NCBI GenBank assembly: GCA_010093605.1 | Contig: MU004196.1 | Span: 1,076,606 to 1,140,605 of the forward strand | Direction: 5' to 3' | Source of the DNA: Lophium mytilinum | Lineage: Eukaryota | Length of the DNA stretch: 64,000 nt | In this document: positions 22,040-37,733 of the stretch, one piece after another | Position numbering within the stretch: the stretch's first letter is position 1 | Layout of the letters: each line of letters starts with the position of its first letter | Made by a program: the position numbers and the translations under genes | Notes under the pieces: model-generated | What the model was told of the DNA's origin: nothing | The model's input: only the letters and a program-made list of their open reading frames with translations | Database searches by the model: none

Positions 22040-25000
22040 TCACAACTCGTCGTCGTCCTCCATCTCCGACGGCTTCAGCAGACCGCCAACCTTCATCGCT
22101 CGTTCTCGCTCCTCCTCCTTCGCCTTGTTGAGCGCTTGCTCCCGTTCTTCCGAGAACAGCTCGGCGTTGTCACCTGAGAATTCCTTCAGCGATATCAAGA
22201 AATCTCGAAGGACGAGCTTGAACTTGTTGATGTCGTTGTTTGTGTCGAACAGCGCATCAATGAAGGTAGCGATTTGCGCCCTAAAGTTATGTTAGTATGT
22301 CTCGTTTATCGGATAGGTGTTTTCACTTACGCCTGCAAGTTGGGGAAGGCATTGGCAAGCAGGTTGCCAACGAAGTTTTTTAAGAACTCCTTGTTCGGCG
22401 TGCCAGCTGGCGCCATGGTGTCGGTATAGATCGGTCCCTGCAACTTCCCCGAGTCCACTAGCCAGAACATCTTGGCGAGCAGCATCGATTGCGACTTGAA
22501 GCCGGCCTTGTGGTCGCTGTCCGTGAGCACAAAGAAGACGTCCTGGAGAATCGTTGTGTAGAAGTTCTGGAAGAAGGTGTTGCAGGTTTGCGGGTCCGTC
22601 TCCGACATGTTGGTGATCAGTTCGAAGCACATGCTCAGTCCAGCGCCCTCAACTTCGCGGTTGTCATGTTTGCTGGCCCACATGCAAGAATCGATGACGA
22701 ATTTGAAAGACCGGGCATCGAGTCTCAAGAGAGCTGGGAAGCAGCGCAAGTTGATAGTCCTCAACAGCTTGAAAAATTCGACACGGTGTTCCGGATACTC
22801 GGAGAAATCCTTGTTGATCATGTCCAATGTGCACTCAAACACGCAGTCCATGATGTTCATGATCTGATCCTCCATGAGGCTCTGTATACATGTTAGCATC
22901 TCCTATATATGACTTCCAAGCGAGCCAAACCATATGCTTGGCCATATGCTTGCTGAGATTGGGTCTCCAACGTACATGTAACTTGTTGATGATGGTAGTC
23001 ATAACGTTCAGGACCTCAGCCTCGCGGGCATCGGGGACATTCCGCTTGTAGTCGAGCAGCACAGCTTCCAAAAGCTTCGGCACAAGAGTGTTGTGCACCA
23101 TTTCCAAATCGTCGGCCTTTTCGACGTAGACGTTGATGAGCTTCAAGATTTCTTTCTTGATAGTCCGTAGTCCGCGGACTTTAGGCATCTTGGTGGCAAT
23201 ATTTCCTGTCCTTCGTTAGCTAAATTTGTCGCGTCCCTGATAATTTAGATATGTACATACCTTCTCGCTGAACGGCCTCGTCAATCAGACTGCTGCTAGC
23301 GCGATACATGGTCAGCATGTCCAGGTAGATACGGCCAATCTGTGGGTAGAAGTAGCTGCCTATGGAGCTGCAGGCGGCCACGTTTGTCTTCATGATGTTG
23401 CCGATGACTTTGATGATCTCGCCGTCATGGAGGATGGTTGGATCCTGGTTAGCTTGGCCGATAATGTTGTCCCACTATATGACTCGTTAGTAATGTTGCT
23501 GGCACAGTGTTGGTGAAGTACATACAGCTCGGTTCGGAAATGCCATTAGGTCGGAGATCAACCGCTCTTGGATGCCCTTCTGGCCTTGGGCGCTGATCAT
23601 GAAGCCACAGGCTTCGTAGAAAGTGTGGACCTGCTGCGGGGATAGATCGCATGTGATCTTAGTCAAGTTTCGGACTATCTCATCGATGAACGGCTCGGTC
23701 TCTCCTGGTTGCAGGGCCACGAAATGTCTCCGGCACTTGTTAGCGATCTTGATGAATGTATCGCAGGCCATGTCCTGAACGCCCTCGTGCGTCTCGTGCA
23801 TAAACTCAAAAAGCTTGTTGACGACGGTCTTGAGAAATTTCCAGTGGGCCTTGAGGAAACGCGGGTACTGGCCAACAATGTACATGATGTTACTGGCAAC
23901 AACGGCCTTGTTGTCCTTTCCTCGCTTCATCTCGGTGAGTCCAAGGAGGTCCTTAATCACAGTGACCAGGAATCGCTTTTCGGTTTCCTCGTTCATGGCA
24001 CCGGAAATCGAACCAATAGCCCAGCACAGAGTATTGCAGTTCGCCCATGACCACTCGGTGCCATCGACTTGCCTCGACAGTTTCTCGGACATAATCTGCT
24101 CGGTATCGTTCACGTCGAGATGCGTCAAGAACACCAGACATTCTCGGGTTGACTTGTAGAGCTGAATGGTGTCGCTCTCCTTGACAAACTCTCGGACAAT
24201 CTCCCCTTCATCATTCTCCACAATCAAGACTTCCTCGGGTCGCACCATCTTCTCGATCATGACTTGGCGCAGGTTCGTGAGGACTTCGTTGTACTTGTGC
24301 TTGCGAAGAGGATAGTTCGCAAGGATGCTAGGGTCCCGGGCTCCGCCATTGGAAACGATGCCCATATTAAGAAGCGGGTTCATGTCCTGGATCGGCAATT
24401 GCTGCATCTCATCGTAAAGTTCCGAGACGAGCTTAGTCCAGTACTCCAAGCAAATCTTGAAAATTTCCCGGTCATCGATTTGGCTGATGCGGATGAGGTA
24501 GAAGTGGCCGTGAGTGAGGAAGTCGCGGTTGGGAAGAGTCTCGATGACATTTAGATGCATTGTGAAAAAATTGCACAGGAACAAAGCGAGATTCTGAACG
24601 AATTCCTGATCCCTACTATTGCTGGACGAGTACGTGGATTTCAAATCCATGGAAAGGGGTATTATCTTGGAAATTGCGGTCAACGTCTCTGTGAACATCT
24701 GCACAAGTTTCTCGTTGTAGGAGGGAGAAGTATGAAGACTGGCGATCTCTGTTAGACACTTCAATGTGATGTTGCGGAAATCTGGGACCTCGAGGAAACG
24801 GCTACGCAGTGTCTCGATGAGACTCATGCCGGTAGGCGGAGTCTCGAAGATGTAGCCTAGTGGGATCCAGTTGAGAAAGCGCAGCAGTGTCTCCAAAGTT
24901 GCTTTGATCAGACTGGCTTGCGTCGCAGTTCGAAGGACTTCCGAGCACAACTGATAGATGGCCGTGAACTCGTTGCTCATACCCTGTTTGAGTTCTTTCG

Positions 25001-25732
25001 TCTTCGAAGAGGTCAGCTGGTCGGCCGAGTAGTCGAAGACTTCTTCTGACAGTAATCGAAGGATTGCCATGTTATTTTCGCAGATAGGCAGGCTGCTGTG
25101 GCACGAGGATATGATCTCGTTGATGAAGGTCGGCCAGTTGTGGGGCCACTCCTGTTTGAGGATGGACACGAGAACGAGGTTGAGCTTGTTCAGAAGCGTA
25201 CGCTCGTTGCGCAAGCCCTCCTCGGTGCCGGAGAGCTGGATAATGAAGTTGACGACGAAGTTGCGAATTCCTGTCGCAAGCCTGTGATCAGTAGAAGCCA
25301 TCAAATTTCGGAATATTGGTATTTACCTTGGCATTGATCTCTAGGCAAGACCTTCCATCGTGTCATGATAACATTGTCTAGAACTTGCAAGCCCAAGTCT
25401 GCCTAGATGTTAGCCTTCTCGTCGCAAATCCTGCTTCGGAATACCTTACACTTTGTCTGCGGGTACTGTGCATCCTGTAGTATCTTGTCGACCAACAGCC
25501 ACGCATCGGGATTCTCTTTGAACTGTTCGAGGAGTTAGATGGGGAAGGAGGTCGGAGGTGGGCGGGAGGGCATACCTGATTTAGAGTCGCCTGGGCCTGC
25601 TTTTGCTGGGGGAGGAAGTATATGTTAGCGGTTTGTATGTGGGGATTGAATGGAGGATAGACTCACAGACTCGCCCCGGCCTTCATAGAAGACGCGCACC
25701 GTGGCGTCCAACTCCTCGATTGACATTGACAT
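22040..25732 (-). CDS. crm1: Exportin-1 (CRM1/Xpo1), multi-exon
   Basis: [79 protein letters not shown]-terminus [17 protein letters not shown]. Confidence 0.97.
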
Positions 25733-27949
25733 CTTGATGGCGGGACCGTGTGTACGGCGGGATCAGAGCCCAGACAGCCTTGATATTGATGCTGTCACAC
25801 CCTCTAGAGCCTCAGGGTGTGCTCATGCAACGGTGGGTGTCGCTTGTATGGACGACGATGGCGGTGTCGGGCTCGTGGAGGACTTCGACTGGCGATTTGG
25901 TGGGGCAACGCGGACGAAGTGAAAGGCGGGCAGCAGAAGCGAGGGGCAACGCCGGGCGAAAGAGCAGGGAGAGGTTCTTTCGGACCTGTACTCTGCGAAA
26001 CGCGTGAGGAACAGTGGTGGAGGTTGTGGTGTTGTTGAGGGTGCAATCAACACCTGCACGCCGGCGCGGTCTCCCAGATAGACGTCTTGCACGCCAAGGA
26101 ATATTAAATAGCGCTAGGCTCCAAACAGGCACCGAGATATTCACGCTAGGCGGGAAAAAAGTGGCACAATTATTCATCAGCCTGCTGCCTCATCTGTATT
26201 CGTCTGCCTGTCTACTACTGCTTGGAGTGCTTCAACGAGTTTTGGACTAGCCCGAGGTTAAGAGCTTGCACCACGCTTAATCTGCTAGCAAGTCAATATT
26301 CTTAAGCTCCATAAGCAGTAGCATACACCCACAACGGCATATTTAAACTCGAGAGCCATTTTTTGGATGCCCTGCATTATATTTTGCCTGCTAATGCCTG
26401 TTCTCCTCCACTGGATAATTGTACTTAATGACAAGGATGCGATGCACCAGGTGTTTGATCACTTCTTGCATCTAATGGCCTTGCTTGTATTTGTGGAGTT
26501 CTTGCTATTTAGTTGCGTTGAAGACAGCCCGTTTCAGATATCCCTACAGAGGTACATGCAATCTCTCGTCCCATCTAAGTTTTACCGAGCGAGTACGTAA
26601 ATAAAAGTCCATATAGGAATATTTACTCTGACACGGGCCCATCATCATGATACCTGGGGAAAACATCTGAGTCTAACCCGCCCATCCTGCATACTCAGGG
26701 TTATCTGTATTCTTGCTTATGCTAAGATTTAATCTCTTCTGGAAGCTGAGCCACAAACATCCCGTGATTTTCCCGGCAGCACGTTGAATATGAATGCTAA
26801 CAGCGCTTGAAGGATTTCTTAGACCCTTGGATACTTATCGTGCATGTTACATACTATATTCATGTCGGATAGAGGAGCCTCGAGTGTACAGCCGATTGGG
26901 ATTAGAAAAGTCACCCAGATTCTTTAGTCCCGAAGGAGACAGACGACAAGAATTGCAAGAAGGCTTCTTTGACGACGGCTCAGCTGCGCAGAATGTCCAT
27001 CTGCGAACGTGTAATGACCTCTTAAACAATAGCCCACCTCAAGACCGAAGTGTGACATGTGATCTCTCCGGGCGTTTGAACAGGGGCATTCCTGAAGCTC
27101 TACGGAGGATGAACGGGTTGAGAAAAGTAAAAGCTTCACCATTTCTGAGGACGAGCTAAGGGGGTATTCCACGGTAAAAGACCTACGACGGGGGTTGCAG
27201 CATAGCAAATATGCAGAGTGACATCTTCGGCACCCGACGTGCTAAGCCGGATTAAGGAACCCACGATAGCTTCCACCGTGCCCTGCTTCCGATGTCTGTG
27301 CAGGTGAGGAATAATACGGGGTAGTGACCTCGGGTATGTGCCTGGAGATACTATATCGAAGCAGCTCTCCGCACCCCGCATGTCACCGATTTTCTCGTCG
27401 TCCCAATTGCAGCAGCGCCTAATGCAGGTGGCCGCTTCGAGGGGGTTGGGATCGTGTTTGTAGCCGCAGATCGGACAGGAGCGTGAATGGTTAACCCGCA
27501 GAAGGCAGAGGAATGACGTTCACTGCGGCAGACCACGGTCCGGTACAAAGGAAAGCGGCGACCAAGCGGGTGCGTAGAAAAGATTTCGTCTCGTGCAGGC
27601 CCCCACAGCGTGGGATGCAGAGCACGGCCTGCGATTTTACCAGTGACGCCTTTGACGGTATCCCGCAAAATCATTAGCGTCGGCTCCCTCCATCAATCAC
27701 CAGACACCACAAAGCCGTACATCAAGAGCAGCAAATCCAGCGTCGCGACTTCATTTTTCCGCTGAATGTAATCCCTCACACGCCACGCACCTGAAAACCT
27801 TCACCGTGCAGCAACCCACAATTTCATTAAAGCCCGCGTTCCACCACTGTTGGTACCTAGTTGGTAGTTGCCTCCCCGCCGTCTCACTTCATCAACCTCT
27901 CGCCATTCCAACCACCACCCTCCGCCATCCTCAAACCTACTCTTCCATA

Positions 27950-28491
27950 ATGGCAACCTCTATGGCATCCGCCCAGAACACAGGCACTCCAGCGACCACC
28001 ACCGTACAAACTCCTGTCCTCCGTCTCCGCCTGCCCGTGGGAACCCTGCATCTACGAGCTGAGCCAGCGGAGGAGCGCCATATACAATGGGCCGAAGATG
28101 TAATCGACAACGAGGGCATGGGCAAGAAGTCTTCCAAAGGTACATATCTTTTGACGCTTTGGTGAAAAAGTATCTCGCGGTATCTATCTGAAACTGACTC
28201 AATACAGTCTGCTGCCAGTATCATAAGCCCCGCCCCTACGACGAATCCTCCGACGAGTCCTCAGACTCCTCCGACTCGGACTCGGACAGCGAGCCAGACA
28301 ACAGCAACGCGCGCCCGGTAGGCGGTCGTCGCGGGGGAGGACGGCCACAGGGTCGCAAGCCACATGACCACCACGACCACGACCACGATCACGACGGGGA
28401 AGGCTCTGGGGGAAATCCTCCCAAGCACTCGCAGGCTCCGTCTCGCAAGCGTGCCCCGAACGCATACGACAAGGCCCCCAAGAAGCGGTAG
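27950..28491 (+). CDS. ypi1: Type 1 phosphatase regulator Ypi1 (inhibitor-3 family); 2 exons
   Basis: [30 protein letters not shown], an acidic Ser tract and PNAYDKAPK at the end; intron 28140-28207. Confidence 0.92.
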
Positions 28492-28834
28492 ACAGACGTC
28501 TACCACCAGTCATGGATGGTTGCTCCGATATGATGTAACGACAACGAGCCTGGACAACGGCTAAAACACACAAAAGGGGCGCATACAGAGTCTTTGATTT
28601 CATAGCATGGCGTTAAGGCGCGCAATTCACCGGCCAATATGACGGACTTTCTACGTCATCATCGGCTTTTTGTGCCCATTAGAGGCACGAGAGCGTTGGC
28701 GCAGGCAGCATTTGTTCCTTCAAGAGTCAGGGAGAGGTAGACTAGCATCATAGATGCTGCATATATAGGCAGTTGTATAGGATCAACAGAAGCTCCCCTG
28801 TATAAGTGTAGACCTTGCATCAATCAATCGTCTG

Positions 28835-29085
28835 ATTCACACTTTCACAACCTTTACATCTTCATTAAAAGTTTTCGTATTGTCGTGAGGTGGTCTGGAT
28901 AGGCTACGCAAGTGCCAAAACGATCACATGTATGGCCTAATATGGCTCGTAACACGGTTGACAACGTTTTCAAGCCGCTATCATGACAGCGCCCAATTCA
29001 CACTTTCACAACCTTTACATCTTGTTCCAAGTTTCATGCAACGGTGTGAGGTACCTTGGTAGGCTATGCAAGCCCCCAAACTTAC
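28835..29085. repeat. Direct repeat pair (period 161 bp) with an identical 28-bp core
   Basis: ATTCACACTTTCACAACCTTTACATCTT at 28835 and 28996, each followed by ~60 bp of partly matching sequence (gtgagg...taggctaygcaag). Confidence 0.85.
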
Positions 29086-29843
29086 GAGCTGAGTTGTATG
29101 AATTGAATCGAGCGTTTTACAGTGACAGGTCACAAGTCTGGGCACACTGTACGCCACTGGTTGGGGTACCCCCATAGGGGTTTTAAAACTCAAGGGCGAT
29201 GTCAAGTTTCCAGCAGCCAAGATTAGACTGCCTCTTGACTAATTGCTTGCTCAGCAATCAGGCTACCCCCAACAGTGGTGTTAGGTAGGCAAGTTGGAGC
29301 GAGCCCGTACCCAGACTTGTGGCCCACGACTGTACATACGGACTGTACAACCAATTTCCCGAGGTCAATTATACACCCTCATGTTCTTTACATCCTGTAC
29401 GGATTCTAGGAGATAGGCGTGAGGTCGCTCAGCTAACTAAGGAGGTCTGCAATAACGTACGTAGAAATAACGTGATTCACGAGGTTGGAAGCTTTACATC
29501 CTGCCCCTATCTTTCTTAGTGTACCAAGGCACCACTAACAGCGGTACTAAAGTATTAAAACCAAATATACGTCCCCCTGTTATCTATTCCTATGCCTCAC
29601 AAATATAAAAGGCACCGTAAATTAAATATACTGTTGGTCTATTTTTTTGGGGGATAAAAGCTACCATACTACTTCAACTCTCCAAACACACTCTCAAACC
29701 CACTCCCTAATCGCTCCTATTTCAGCCGCTTCTCTCAGGTGCATTTCCTGAGGGCCAAAATCAGATCGAAACTTACTGCTGGATTTCCAGCAAAATAACA
29801 GCACACAGCCCCCTCAACCCCCTAACCACCCCTACAAACCCCC

Positions 29844-32502
29844 CTACTCCTCCTCCCGATCTAGGGCTCTCTCCTCAACAGCAACGACCTCGCCCTCCGA
29901 ATCGAAGAAGTGGTAGGCTGATAGTGGCGGGTCGTCGAACCGGTCGAGGTAGGCATAGCTCTCCTCCCACTCCTCCAAACCGTCTTCGTCCTCACCGTGA
30001 TCTACAGCCTCCTTCAGCGGCGACGTCGGCATGGGCTCTGATTTGATGCGCTTATGCTCTGCTTTTGCCAGCAGCGATGCCACGTCGACGGAGCTCCGCC
30101 TAGTCGTCGAGTCCGAGTGCCGCTTCTGCTCCTCCTCAACTGTCGACATTGGGCGCTGGTTGGCCATGAACCCGCGCCGCCTTGACATGTCGTAGGCGCT
30201 TCGAGGGGTCGACTGCATTCCGGAGAGGTCGCTCAGGGTGCTTGAAATGGAGCCCGCTTCGAATTCGTTGTCGCTGCAAGTGAGTTAGCTTCCTTCTTTT
30301 TGCAAGCATTGTCTTCATGATTGAACCTACCTGTCTTCCGCTTCATTCGTAGCGGTCACTTCCAGTCCAGGCGAAGTCATTCTGGATTCTGGCGGGGACT
30401 GTGGGGTGTCTGGGTTCTCCTTGCGACTGTCGAGATACCACTGAGGAGGCTCAGCGAATTCCATGACATTAGGTAGCATATTCAATCCCGTCATATGCCT
30501 CATGCCATTTCGCTGTGGTTTTGGGGTGTCCAGTGGAGCACGCGCTCCCGGATGCCTGAATGTAGGACGAGGGCCGGGTATGCAAGTAGGGGGCGCTCCG
30601 TAACCGACATTGCCCATAGAAGCATTGACTGTCGCCACTTCCGGATACGGTGAAGGGCCAACAATGATGTCAGGTGCGGTAGCGTCGCGGGTGTGGGGTC
30701 GACTCGGATCATGAATGCCTAAGCCGATATTGCGCAGAGCAGCGCGAAGGTCTGCCATTTTCGGGTACGGTGAAGGGCCCACAACGATATCAGGGGCAGT
30801 AGGATCGCGCGTGTGCGGTCGAGTTAGATCCGCTGAGATTCTCGTCATGTCTTTGTGCCTCGTTGAGTCCCGCATATTTGGCTGGCTCGAATAACCGGAA
30901 AACGTGTCAGCTATCGCTGGATCACGCGCTTTTGGTTGAATTGAGTCTGAAGAAGGACCAGATGTGATGTCTGGCATAGTAGACTCGCGAAGGTCTTTCT
31001 TGGGGGGGTCCGACGAAGTGATGTTGATGTTGAATTGTGGAGGGGGTAGATGAGTCTTCCCGTTTCTATGTCCAAGACTGAAATTGCGATGAAGCATACG
31101 AGCGCTGCCGCTGAATTCCGCGAGACTGACGCTGTTATAAGAGGTGCCGGCGAGGTCCAACGCTTCTGCGTCTGGTGAAATTCTCCGGAGCGCCTTGTCC
31201 TTGTTTCGCTGCTTGAAAATGGTACCAGGTAGGTCGTTGGTGGAGACCGACCTACGGTTTCCTAGCGATGATGCCACGACGTGATACTCCTCGTCCTCTT
31301 CGCTGTCGGAGAATGCAGATGGTGACCGCTTGACACGGTTTGGCGGAGTTCCGTGGAAGAACTGCTGGGCTTTAGGGCTGGTTTGGGGTGGCATAGGAGA
31401 ACTGATTGCTGTCATGGCCATGGTCTTTCTCTTATTCTTGTCCCTGTCCTTGGCTCCCGCGAGGAAATTCTTCATTCCGGTTATGAGATTGCGTGAGAGG
31501 TTCGCAGTCGAGGATGCGCGCGGCATGGCTGTAATATGGCTATCCGGGGGATCGAAGCCATTGCCCGTCTGAAGCGGACGCGCGAGCATATTTGCGGAGC
31601 GGCTAGGGAATAGGCTTCGGGGAATTGGGAGGTAGCTCGAGGACGGCGCTGACGGATTGCGCTGCTGCTGCTGCGGAGGTACGTCAAGATGGGAGAATGT
31701 CTGCTTGTGAGGAGGCTGTCTATCCCATTCCGATTCTGCCGCTGTTGCCCATCCACAGGCAGGAAACTCTTCGTACACTGCAGGCGGGTTAGCAAAGATG
31801 ACTTTGGATTGTGAAAGCTGAGTCTTACTGTCTCGCCCTTGCCCTCCAGACGACGCGATTGAAGGCTTTCGCACGCGGTCTGGCGTCGGAGGAACAGGTC
31901 GGTCTGGCTGGAATCGCTCATCAGACTCGATAGGCGGAATGCTCGGTAAAGCCTTGTCCACTAGTGGATTCATCGTTGGCGTCTTGTCCTTTGGCGGCTC
32001 GTTGTTGGAGGTCTCGACGGTCGACGTTGTGGTGTACAATGTAGGAATCGGCGGAACCGGAGGAGCGCTCTGCGTGCGATTAGCTTTTGTGTCTCGATTG
32101 AACAAGCCCGAGAGCTTGTGTCGAAGGCTCCGAGGCTGTACGTTAGTTCCTTCGGCATCGTCCTCTCCGCTTGCACGGCGATTCTCCGATTGGCGTCCCA
32201 TGCTGGTAGCTTCCTGGAGGAGCCCCTGTTCTTTGACGCTGTTGGTGAATGCAGCAGCGTGAGTGTTGGACCTCCTGCGGTTGGTGGAGGAAGAGAGGGG
32301 AGGCGGCCGACGGCTCTCTAAAGAGGTGCGAGCGAAGACAGACGTCACGGGGCGTAAGCGAGCTGCAGTTGGGGTGAAGGCGAAGATTAGAGAACTGCCT
32401 GGAGGCGAAGGCGAAGGTGGAATTGGGGAACCTACCGTCACGGTTCTCGTTGGTCGCGAGGAAGCGCGGGAAAAAGCGGCGGGTTTTCTTCGGAGCCGTC
32501 AT
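29844..32502 (-). CDS. Hypothetical low-complexity S/P/R-rich protein with an internal repeat; 3 exons
   Basis: ATG at 32502 (MTAPKKTRRFF). Two GTAGGT..CTAAY..CAG introns join ORFs 30327..32441 and 29844..30218 in frame. The peptide RPHTRD.TAPDI.VGPSPYP is duplicated. Confidence 0.7.
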
Positions 32503-33565
32503 GGCGAAGCACGTAAAGCACAAAGGCGGGGGTTGGCAATGCGGAGCTTGAGTTGGGATGAGAAGGTGGATGAAGTAGGTAGAGACTGCGATATACCTAC
32601 GTGGTGCCGTGGGATTTAGCGCCTTCCAACCTGAATACCACCCTCGACATCGTGCCTTCCGCAACGACTCGCATCTACTCCAGTACCTCTTCCGCTCATC
32701 AATCAATGCAAACGGCATTACCACTGTCTGAGGTAGCCCAGCGAGCTCGCTGATAGTCCCAATCAACGAAGTCTAGCCTTTCCAAAATGCATCGAGGAGC
32801 TTCAAGCAGCGGCAGAGAACTGTACACAGAACTATGAAGAGGCATTTTACCAAGCATTGGAGCATTCATAGGAGCTTTGATATGAGATTATAGCTCTGAG
32901 AGGAGTGGATTTGCTTATGTCACCCTTCCTGAGAAATATTTTTCTACAAAGCTGTGATTTACGCTGGCACTTACCAGCAATGATACTTATAGTTATGCTC
33001 TAGTACGGCAGTACGCCATCCTGTTGGCACTCTTGGGCCTCCGCTTGTAGTTCAGTCGAAGCAATATCTGAAGTTTTGGGTCCCGACCAACTGCTGGCGT
33101 CGCCGGGGAATCTCATGGAGTGTCAAGTGCACGTCGATACCCATGTGCAGTAACACGCTCATCATACTGTACTTGTAAGAGATGATCCCCTGAGCTACAA
33201 TAGCCATATTTCAGCGCTCCGTTACTTCGACGACGAGAGGTGTCGTCGTGATGGAGGTCAGCAGCAACGGATGTCGTTGAGACGACAAGGGCACTATACC
33301 CAAAGGGATTCTCGGCCGCTTTGATTCTAGCTGGCGGCGATTGGCGGACGGCTGCAGGTGACGCTGACCCCTCCGGACAAGATACATCCCGGACTTCTGC
33401 TCGGTTTCAGGTCAGCGAATCCGCCCGCAGAAGATTATTTGACTGCTTCGAAGACGCCCCGAGCGCTGTGTATATAGCCCGCCGCTGCTCAATTGACCCC
33501 TCTTGGACCCACGACGTCGTGAGCACCCTCGGCCGCCCTCGCACGACACTCGGCATTGCTTCTAG

Positions 33566-34897
<1,332 letters not shown>

Positions 34898-35499
34898 GAC
34901 TGGCAGTATTGCTGGAGCAGTTGATTAATAAGGTAGTATATCCAGACTACCTTATGCATGCCTTACTGGCATTCAAAACGGGTTATATTGGGTTCTTTAT
35001 TGGCATCTCTGGGCACTGGCGTCTATTTGCTTGTTTCTCTCTTGTAGTTCTTCTTAGGAAGGCCGCCTATTGGGCAGCTCTAGCATGGTGTATAGAAAAC
35101 CCAGCTGTTATGCACCAATCCGTCGTCCTTAAGGCAGGCACATGCCCTTACTATACATATGTGTGCTTGTCTAGTACCGTAAAAGGTTATATAAAAATAT
35201 ATCAAAACTAGGTGGAAAGATATGTAGGCGCTGGTAAACAAACATTCCCCTTCTAATAAACATACACACCACCTCCCCTCTAATCTTCTAATTGGCTTGG
35301 AGGCTCGGCCGTGGGTCCCTGTCCATCAAAAAGAATGCTCTCTCCAACCTCGATCACGCAAATTCACATCTTTGTCCTTAATCTCACCCTAATCTTAGGC
35401 AAAGAGGCGGCTTAGCCGCGAAGAGTTTCAGCGTTAGCTTGCAGCATGCATGGAGGAGTTGAAAAGGTTACATAGATAAGAATCGTTTGTAGGGGCAAG

Positions 35500-35961
35500 C
35501 AATATTAACAGGAGGGATGCTAGGCTTAATGCAAAGGAGCTCTATAGTAATAAGGTAAGGTTTAGTTAGTTATAAAAAAGCTCTAAGCTATACTTGGTAG
35601 CTTAAAAATAGGATAGAAGGGGGGGTGTATAGTTACTAAAAGGTATATATATTAGCACCTGAATTTATAGCATAACCCCCTTATATATTATCTACTTTGG
35701 AAATATAGTATAATAGCACGCATGCCACATACTAACTATTAAAGTAGCTTGTTCTCTAGAAACTACTATAGCCTTTTAGGACTATAAAGAGGGCATAGTA
35801 TTATATACTATAGAGGATACAGTTTAGATATATAAAGTATATAGTAGTAAGTAGTTTCTTCTTTTAAACTGGCCTTAATAAACTTATTTATGAGCCCTAC
35901 CTAGAGCTACACTAGCCTAATATAATTTATTAATAATATACTAGCAGATTTGAAAATCTTA

Positions 35962-36027
<66 letters not shown>

Positions 36028-36616
36028 CCTTATCTATCTATTCCTACACTAACTCTATATCTAATCCTACACCAACTCTATATCTATTCCTACACCAACT
36101 CTATATCTTTGATAACTTAGTGCTATTCTCTTATTTCTATAGTTGCAATCTTAGCGTTCTTCTTGCACTAAGAATTAAGTAACCCATATAATTTGTACTA
36201 ACAGCCTGCTATATCCAGCGCTACCTAGACCTTTTTACATGTGGCGTTAATAGATGTGCTAGCAGAGAGCAACAGCTATATAACTACTAGAAACTGCTAT
36301 AAGGTGCATCTCTAGATAGCAAGAAACCCCCCATACTAAGAATAATATACTGTTAGGTCTCTTTATTCTTTCCTTATAAGCCTACTAAGTTATAGCTTAT
36401 ATATATAAATTCTATATTAGTATAAGCGTTATATCCTTACACATAATAGGCTCAAAAGCCTTCAAACGGAACGAAACTGTGAGCGTTTGAACGTGATACA
36501 ACAAACGTTAGATAAGGTTATAAGAACGTTAGAGAAACGTTTTACAATGCATTAAATGCTGTATATATACAACTCTGTTGCCGTCAACGTAGAATAGAAC
36601 TCAAGCAATACGATTC

Positions 36617-36657
<41 letters not shown>

Positions 36658-37231
36658 CATCTATTCTCCCATCGACTCTATACCTTTGATAATATAATAG
36701 TGTTTTCTAGGCATTCCTCCTCTGGATCCTAGTTTACAATAAGAAAAATATAGCGATCTTAGTTATGCCATTAATTATTCTATTTATAACATCTTAAACT
36801 ATATTACTTTTACACTCCTGCTCTACTACAACTATCTATGTATTTTCCAATTTTGGGGCCTTAGGGCAATCAGTTTATAAAGGAAAAAATTGCCTTTTAT
36901 TATTAAAGATGCGTAACCCTTAAAAGAGTATACACCTTAAAGTTTCTCTGTACAAGGGAGCGCTTACTATATTAACGTATAGATTTAGCGCGCTTACATA
37001 GTAGAATTTAGCTAATTGTTGTAAGGATTTAAATAGCATAAGCGTTATATCCTTACGTATAATAGGCTTAAAAGCATTTAAATAGAACAAAACCGTAAGC
37101 GTTTGAACGTGATACAATAAATGTTAGATAATGTTATAAGAATGTTAGAGAAACGTTTTATAATGCATTAAATGCTGTATATATATAACTCTGTTGCTAT
37201 AATATAGAATAGATCTTAAGTAATATAATTC

Positions 37232-37318
<87 letters not shown>

Positions 37319-37328
37319 NNNNNNNNNN

Positions 37329-37403
<75 letters not shown>

Positions 37404-37500
37404 TCTACTATTAACTCTATACCTTTAACAATTGTATTATACTCTGTAATATAATTTACTAAACTAAATTCAAGTGTGGCGTTCTTCTAGAAACATGTAT
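35500..37500. mobile_element. AT-rich RIP-degraded transposon debris with copia LTR fragments (~35960-36113 and ~36405-36691) and (TATC)n tracts
   Basis: Abrupt AT and TpA enrichment; recognisable copies of the LTR core aagcgttatatcct...aatgcattaaatgctgtatatatac...actctataccttt. Confidence 0.85.
37020..37430 (+). mobile_element. Solo LTR of the copia family with an expanded (TATC)n; TSD ATTGT
   Basis: TG...CA ends; ATTGT at 37015-37019 and 37431-37435; colinear with the LTR at 45339-45602. Confidence 0.92.
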
Positions 37501-37733
37501 AGGTACGGTCATGTGTTGCCTACTTTTAGTTTCTAAGCGTCCGCGTTCAATGTTTGTGACGTGGCCTCTCGGTGTCGGGTCCGGTGCTGTTCTGCCTTGC
37601 CTAACGCCGTTACCGTTAAGGACCGAGTTGCGCATCTTCCATGTATACCTTACATATTGCTTGTATCATACTTTACAAATTCTATCTCCGTGTTTAAAGT
37701 TGCTAGGTGTTGTAACCGTCTCTTGCTAGCACC

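Noticed and set aside
23930..23950. Thr instead of Cys at the leptomycin B site of CRM1 (DLLGLTEMK)
   Set aside because: Known, common state in ascomycetes such as S. cerevisiae and Aspergillus; not novel.
26794..27674. Short overlapping ORFs between crm1 and ypi1 (one with CPICGYKH)
   Set aside because: No coherent start or splice model and no recognisable domain; possibly a gene remnant but not supportable.
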